64,000 nt of DNA, from contig CANRDY010000001.1 of NCBI GenBank assembly GCA_947629515.1, positions 24,948 through 88,947 on the forward strand. The letters run 5' to 3'. Positions 59,182-64,000 of the stretch are shown in pieces. Below the pieces are notes generated by a model that had not been told where the DNA came from, did not search any database, and saw only the letters and a program-made list of their open reading frames with translations. The position numbers and the translations under genes are program-made. The stretch comes from an uncultured Clostridia bacterium. Lineage in GTDB: Bacteria > Bacillota > Clostridia > Christensenellales > Borkfalkiaceae. Each line of letters opens with the position of its first letter. The stretch's first letter is position 1.

Positions 59182-61500
59182 TCACAGCCCGACTATGGCG
59201 TTTTTGAACACCGCGTCGGCGCAGGTAACGGGGATAAAGCGCAACTTTTCGCGCACGTCGGCGGGGATCTCCTCTAAATCCTTTTTGTTGTCGGCGGGGA
59301 TTATCACCTCGTAAATACCCGCGCGGTAGGCGGCGAGAGCCTTTTCTTTAAGTCCGCCTATGGGCAAAACCTTGCCGCGGAGGGTAATTTCGCCCGTCAT
59401 CGCCACGTCGTGCCGAACGGGTTTTTTGGTGAACGCCGAAAGTATGGCGCACGCCATGGTTATGCCCGCGCTCGGTCCGTCTTTGGGGGTCGCGCCCTCG
59501 GGAACGTGAACGTGGATATCTGTGGTTTCGAACGCGTCCTCGGGTATGCCGTATTCCCCGCTCTGCGAGCGGATATAGGTGATAGCCGCACGCGCGCTCT
59601 CCTGCATGACGTCGCCGAGCTTGCCCGTTAACATAACGTTGCCCTTGCCGTGCATTGCCGACACCTCGATGGTAAGGGTCACGCCGCCGAACGCCGTCCA
59701 CGCAAGCCCCGTAGCCGCGCCCACTTCGTCCTCGCTTCTCAAAGGTTTATCTTCGTATCTGCGCGAACCGAGATATTCCCCGACGGCTTTGACGCCCACG
59801 GTGTGTTTTTTATCGTCGCCGCCCGCTATCTTTACGGCGAGTTTGCGGCATACGGCGTCGATCTGCCTTTCGAGGGAGCGCACGCCCGCTTCGAGCGTGT
59901 AGCCCGCTATAATGAGGTCGAGGGCTTCGTCGGTGAATTTGACGTGCGAAAGTTCAAGCCCGTTAGCCTTTACGCGCTTGGGAACGAGATACCTCTTTGC
60001 TATCTCCCTCTTCTCTTCCTGCGTGTAGCCGTTAAGCTCTATTACTTCCATTCTGTCGAGCAGGGGTCGGGGAATACCGTCGAGGCTGTTCGCCGTGGTT
60101 ATAAAGAGAACTTTGCTGAGGTCATAGGGAACTTCGAGATACCTGTCGCGGAAAGTCGAGTTCTGCGCGGGGTCGAGCACTTCCAGAAGCGCGCTGGCGG
60201 GATCGCCGCGCATATCCGAAGAGAGCTTGTCTATTTCGTCGAGCAGAAAAACGGGGTCGATAGTGCCCGCGTTCTTCATGCCCGCTATTATCCTTCCGGG
60301 GATCGCGCCTATATACGTCTTGCGGTGACCGCGTATCTCCGCCTCGTCCTTTACCCCGCCGAGGCTCATTCTGACGAACTTGCGCTTTAAGGCGCGGGCG
60401 ACGGACGATGCTATCGAGGTCTTGCCCACACCGGGCGGACCTACAAGGCAGAGTATGGGCGCGTTGAGTCCGCCCGTGAGTTTGAGCACGGCAAAGTACT
60501 CGGTTATGCGCTCCTTTACCTTTTCAAGCCCGTAGTGGTCCTCTTCGAGCACTTTTACCGCCTCTTCGAGGGTGGCGTCGCCGTCGGTCTTTTCGTGCCA
60601 AGGCAGATCCAAAAGCCAATCGAGGTACATTCTGAGCACGTTGTAGTCGGGCGAGGTCTGCTGCATTTTGTCCATTCTGTACAGCTCTTTAAGGGCTTTT
60701 TGCTCGACCTCTTCGGGCATGCCCTTTTGCTTTATGCGCCGTTCAAGCTCCTGCTTTTCATCCTCGTCGTCGCCCAGCTCGCCGTGAATTGCGCGGAGCT
60801 GTTCGCGAAGATAATACTCCTTTTGGTTCTTCTCTATGTTCTGGCGAACGGTCGCGTTTATCTTGTGTTCGAGCCGTCCTATTTCAAGCTCGTCGTTGAG
60901 AACTTTCCCCAGCATTTTAAGGCGTTCTATAACGCGCACTTCTTCCAGAAGTTCCTGCTTTACGGTAACCGACGTGCGCAGACTTTCGGCAATAACGCCG
61001 ACGAACCGCTCGGGCTCAACGTCTTTGCCGCTCAGCTTTTCGGCTATGTCGCGGGGGAAGCGCGCAGGATCTTCGGAACATATCTCTTTGAGAATGTCGA
61101 GCGAGGTGCGCATATACGCCTCTTCGAGGGCTTCCTCGCCGCGTATGGGTTTAAGTTCGGAAACGTCGGCAGTTATCGCGCCCTCGGAAAGGGAAGTTCC
61201 GACTATCTGCGCGCGGTAGTCGCCCTCTACCGTCACCCGCACGCTGTTGCCGGGCAGACGGGCAATTTGCTTTATATAGGCGACCGTGCCTACTTCGAAA
61301 AGATTTTCAAGCGTTACCTTTTCGATCTCCGCGTCCTTTTGGGCAACGACGAACACGCGCGAGCCGCAGTTTTCGCCCGCGTAGCGGAGAGCCGCAAGCG
61401 AGAAAGTTCTGCCCACGTCGAACGATATTGTGGTCGCGGGAAAGACCACCCTGCCCCGAAGCGCAAGCACGGGGAGATTTTCTGTACGGTTCCTTGCCAT
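59182..61500 (-). CDS. lon: ATP-dependent Lon protease
   Basis: Trimmed to [21 protein letters not shown] (AGGAGT SD). GPPGVGKTS Walker [12 protein letters not shown] catalytic Ser. Confidence 0.95.
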   Translation of the reverse strand: MARNRTENLPVLALRGRVVFPATTISFDVGRTFSLAALRYAGENCGSRVFVVAQKDAEIEKVTLENLFEVGTVAYIKQIARLPGNSVRVTVEGDYRAQIVGTSLSEGAITADVSELKPIRGEEALEEAYMRTSLDILKEICSEDPARFPRDIAEKLSGKDVEPERFVGVIAESLRTSVTVKQELLEEVRVIERLKMLGKVLNDELEIGRLEHKINATVRQNIEKNQKEYYLREQLRAIHGELGDDEDEKQELERRIKQKGMPEEVEQKALKELYRMDKMQQTSPDYNVLRMYLDWLLDLPWHEKTDGDATLEEAVKVLEEDHYGLEKVKERITEYFAVLKLTGGLNAPILCLVGPPGVGKTSIASSVARALKRKFVRMSLGGVKDEAEIRGHRKTYIGAIPGRIIAGMKNAGTIDPVFLLDEIDKLSSDMRGDPASALLEVLDPAQNSTFRDRYLEVPYDLSKVLFITTANSLDGIPRPLLDRMEVIELNGYTQEEKREIAKRYLVPKRVKANGLELSHVKFTDEALDLIIAGYTLEAGVRSLERQIDAVCRKLAVKIAGGDDKKHTVGVKAVGEYLGSRRYEDKPLRSEDEVGAATGLAWTAFGGVTLTIEVSAMHGKGNVMLTGKLGDVMQESARAAITYIRSQSGEYGIPEDAFETTDIHVHVPEGATPKDGPSAGITMACAILSAFTKKPVRHDVAMTGEITLRGKVLPIGGLKEKALAAYRAGIYEVIIPADNKKDLEEIPADVREKLRFIPVTCADAVFKNAIVGL

Positions 61501-61604
61501 ATGTACTCCTTGTAAAAATAAGCGCAACGCCCCTTAAAAAGAGGCAATTGCGCGAAAAATTTTATTGAAATTTGCCTGCCGCCTTTAAGCGAAAACCCTT
61601 GGAC

Positions 61605-62837
61605 TTACGCCGATTCTTTGTAAATTATTTTGGGTTCTGCCCTTTCGGTTACGCACTCTCTTGTAACTATAACCTCTTTTACGTCCTTTTCGGAGGGAAG
61701 TCTGTACATGACGGGGGTCATAAAGCCCTCGATTATAGTCCTTAAACCCCTCGCACCCGTTTTAAGGCGTATGGCGGTGCTTGCTATTTCGCGCACGGCG
61801 GAATCTTCAACGGTGAGTTTTACGCCGTCCATGGCTATGAGTTTTTGATATTGTTTGATTATGGCGTTGCGCGGCTGAGTTAAAATGCTGACGAGCGCGT
61901 CCTCGTTCAGGGGGTGAAGGCTTACCACTATGGGAACGCGACCGACGAACTCGGGGATAAGCCCGAACTGCGTGAGATCCTGAGGCTTTACGTCGGAGAG
62001 CATTTCGTACATGTCCTCGTCGCCCTCTTTTACTTTGCCGCCGAAGCCGAGGGTGGTGCTGTCTTTGCGCTTTTGAACTATCTTGTCAAGCCCCACGAAC
62101 GCCCCGCCGCAGATGAACAAGATGTTGGTGGTGTCTATCCTCAAACACTCCTGCTGGGGGTGCTTTCTGCCGCCCTGCGGGGGAACGTTTGCCACCGTGC
62201 TTTCGATTATCTTCAAAAGGGCTTGCTGTACGCCCTCGCCCGATACGTCGCGGGTTATCGAAACATTCTCGCTCTTGCGGGCAATTTTGTCTATCTCGTC
62301 GATATATATAATTCCCCTCTGGGCGCGTTCTATGTCGTAGTCGGCGTTCTGTATGAGCTTTAACAGAATGTTCTCAACGTCCTCGCCCACATAGCCCGCC
62401 TCCGTCAAAGTGGTGGCGTCGGCGGCGGCAAAGGGCACGTTGAGAATTTTTGCAAGCGTTCTTGCAAGCAAGGTCTTGCCGCAACCCGTAGGTCCCAAAA
62501 GCAGAATGTTGCTCTTTTCTATCTCTACGTCGTCGTCGGGCGAACCCTCTTGCTTGCCCAAGCTGTTGATGCGCTTGTAGTGGTTGTAGACTGCGACGGA
62601 GAGCACTTTTTTAGCCTCGTGCTGTCCTACGATATATTTGTCAAGCTCCGCCTTTAATTCGGCGGGGGGCTTTAAGGGCACTGCCTGCGTTTCGGCGGGG
62701 GACTCGCCGTCCTTTAACATATCGCGGCAGATCTCGATACATTCGTCGCATATGCACGCGCCGTTTTTGCCCGTTATCAGCCTTTGTACCAATTCCGCGG
62801 GCTTGCCGCAGAACGAACAGGTTTTTTGGTCTTTCAT
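61605..62837 (-). CDS. clpX: ATP-dependent Clp protease ATP-binding subunit ClpX
   Basis: N-terminal zinc finger CSFCGK...[15 protein letters not shown] Walker [10 protein letters not shown]. Confidence 0.95.
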   Translation of the reverse strand: MKDQKTCSFCGKPAELVQRLITGKNGACICDECIEICRDMLKDGESPAETQAVPLKPPAELKAELDKYIVGQHEAKKVLSVAVYNHYKRINSLGKQEGSPDDDVEIEKSNILLLGPTGCGKTLLARTLAKILNVPFAAADATTLTEAGYVGEDVENILLKLIQNADYDIERAQRGIIYIDEIDKIARKSENVSITRDVSGEGVQQALLKIIESTVANVPPQGGRKHPQQECLRIDTTNILFICGGAFVGLDKIVQKRKDSTTLGFGGKVKEGDEDMYEMLSDVKPQDLTQFGLIPEFVGRVPIVVSLHPLNEDALVSILTQPRNAIIKQYQKLIAMDGVKLTVEDSAVREIASTAIRLKTGARGLRTIIEGFMTPVMYRLPSEKDVKEVIVTRECVTERAEPKIIYKESA

Positions 62838-62888
62838 ATTATTTGAGTCCTTGTTTTGGGGAACCTTTTGTTCCCCGATGGGAGTATG

Positions 62889-63098
62889 TAAACGTTCCGT
62901 TTAATCAAGTGTCTTAACGGCGTTGAGGGAAAACGGCGGAGCGGCTGTTCAACGCGAGCAAGCGTTCCGCTTGACCATGCGTCTTAACAGCGTTGAGGGA
63001 AAACGGCGGAACGGCTGTTCAACGCGAGCAAGCGTTCCGCTTGACCATGCGTCTTAACGGCGTTGAGGGAAAACGGCGGAGTGGCTGTTCAACGCGAG
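62889..63098 (+). repeat. module B, three tandem copies with exact 70-nt period
   Basis: Units at 62889-62958, 62959-63028 and 63029-63098. The last two differ at only 3-4 positions. Confidence 0.9.
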
Positions 63099-63521
63099 AG
63101 GTGACCCCCTCCCTTGTGTTCCCTCCCCCTGTTCTTCCTTCCATTCCCTCCCCTTCCGCCTCGGAGGGGGAGGGCGAGGGTAGGGGTAGCGGGAGTGCGC
63201 GAATGGGGAGTTTAGGGTGCTCGGTCGTCCTTGCAATTACGAAGTGAGAAAGTTCGAAGAAGCAAGCAAGACAAGGCGAACGAGCGACGACCGAAGCGAG
63301 TGTACAATGAAGTACACGAACAAGGCGGAGCGACGTTCAACACAGTATTGCGTAGCTTATTCGAGCTTTGCGGAAGCTGTACGAAGTGAGAAACTTTGTA
63401 GATGCGAGTTATGCAAGGAGCGCGCGGATTTTGCGAAAGGAGCTTACAATGACGTAAGTGACTGAGCAAAAACGCAAACGCGACACCGCAGAACGAAGCA
63501 TATACGAAGTTTGCGGCAGTA
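63099..63521 (+). repeat. composite repeat: E (long), F, second F variant, G; right end abuts clpP stop codon
   Basis: CCCTCCCCTTCCGCCTCGGAGGGGGAGGG. F at 63222-63375 matches 15712-15862. F at 63376-63490 matches 50355-50480. GCATATACGAAGTTTGCGGCAGTA. Confidence 0.9.
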
Positions 63522-64000
63522 TTACCGTTTGTAAAAGACACGATCGATCAACCCATACCCCATCGCCTCTTCGGCTGACATGTAGTTGTCGCGGTCGGTG
63601 TCGCGCTCGATTATCTCTAAGGGCTTACCCGTGTTCTGCGAAAGTATGGTGTTCAGCTTGCGCCTTGTCTTTAAGATATGGTCTGCGGCTATTTTGATGT
63701 CGCTCGCCTGTCCCTGCGCGCCGCCCAAAGGCTGGTGGATCATTATCTCGCTGTTGGGAAGGGCGAACCTCTTGCCCTTCTGCCCGCTCGAAAGCAAAAA
63801 CGCGCCCATGCTCGCCGCCATGCCTATGCAGATGGTGCTTACGTCGCACTTGATATAGTTCATGGTGTCGTAAATGGCAAACCCCGCCGATACCGAGCCG
63901 CCCGGGCTGTTGATATACAGACTGATGTCTTTCGACGGGTCTTTGTTTTCAAGGAAGATGAGCTGCGCCACAACGGTGTTCGCCACCGCGTCGTCTATCT
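63522..64000 (-). CDS. clpP: ATP-dependent Clp protease proteolytic subunit, C-terminal part (CDS continues beyond right edge)
   Basis: [26 protein letters not shown] (catalytic Ser), IMIHQPLGG. The frame is open to the window edge (..[12 protein letters not shown]). Confidence 0.9.
   Translation of the reverse strand, partial: IDDAVANTVVAQLIFLENKDPSKDISLYINSPGGSVSAGFAIYDTMNYIKCDVSTICIGMAASMGAFLLSSGQKGKRFALPNSEIMIHQPLGGAQGQASDIKIAADHILKTRRKLNTILSQNTGKPLEIIERDTDRDNYMSAEEAMGYGLIDRVFYKR

Noticed and set aside
62889-63098. Could the three 70-nt direct repeats be a CRISPR-like array?
   Set aside because: The units are contiguous with no spacers, and the same unit occurs singly and inverted elsewhere. 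This is tandem amplification of repeat module B.

Overview
This is a 64-kb chromosomal segment from a moderately GC-rich, endospore-forming Firmicute. The gene content looks Clostridia-like: a gerA-type germinant-receptor operon, spoIVFA/spoIVFB, spmA/spmB, veg, and a LysM/DUF3794 coat-assembly-like protein. I count about 55 protein genes, mostly housekeeping and mostly on the minus strand: trmB, ogg, rsmA, tatD, metG, a cysteine desulfurase, ispE, pfp, rpsI-rplM, alaS, cysS-cysE, gltX, degV, fruK, ung, apgM, engB, lon, clpX and clpP. I also identified one tmRNA gene by hand (51942-52324, minus). I saw no rRNA, tRNA, CRISPR array, transposase, integrase, reverse transcriptase or recognisable defence gene. 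The unusual content is non-coding, in three forms. (1) Nearly every spacer longer than ~150 nt is filled with short hairpin-rich repeat modules. They assemble in a fixed order and orientation into 250-650-nt composites (~7.6 kb, ~12% of the window by my own coordinate tally). The right ends of these composites sit on, or within a few nt of, the stop codons of minus-strand genes. (2) Four arrays alternate an invariant GTGAAAT linker with variable perfect hairpins; three of them begin at or next to a gene's stop codon (two inside it, one 2 nt after it). (3) Two paralogous ~370-nt modules each carry two convergent consensus sigma-A promoters, a ~85-nt non-coding RNA, a shared bidirectional terminator and a 34-35-codon ORF with a strong SD. 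This is the layout of par/Fst-type type I toxin-antitoxin loci, but the peptides are not hydrophobic. Module key (my labels): A = GTGAAAT+hairpin arrays. B = ~70-nt CAAGCGTTCCGCTTGA...GGCTGTTCAAC. C = ~120-nt CGTTTCAAAGTGCAAGCAC...GAAATGACAGTGCC...CCGATATTATTT. D = ~65-nt AACTGTCACCCTGAGCAAGCGAAGCGCGTCGAACGGGTC. E = C-run/G-run hairpins (e.g. CTCCCCCCTCGCAAGCGAAGGGGGAGGG). F = ~150-nt TTGCAATTACGAAGTGAGAAA... unit in several sequence variants. G = GCATATACGAAGTTTAACGGGAGC end unit. H = ~120-nt three-hairpin unit GCGAGCGGGGATTTCTCAAAACAGCGGACACCCGCTGTTTT... I = GC hairpins GCGCGCGGGCG..CGCCCGCGCGC and GCGGCGGGC..GCCCGCCGC. All calls rest on manual reading and translation; no database search or folding program was available.
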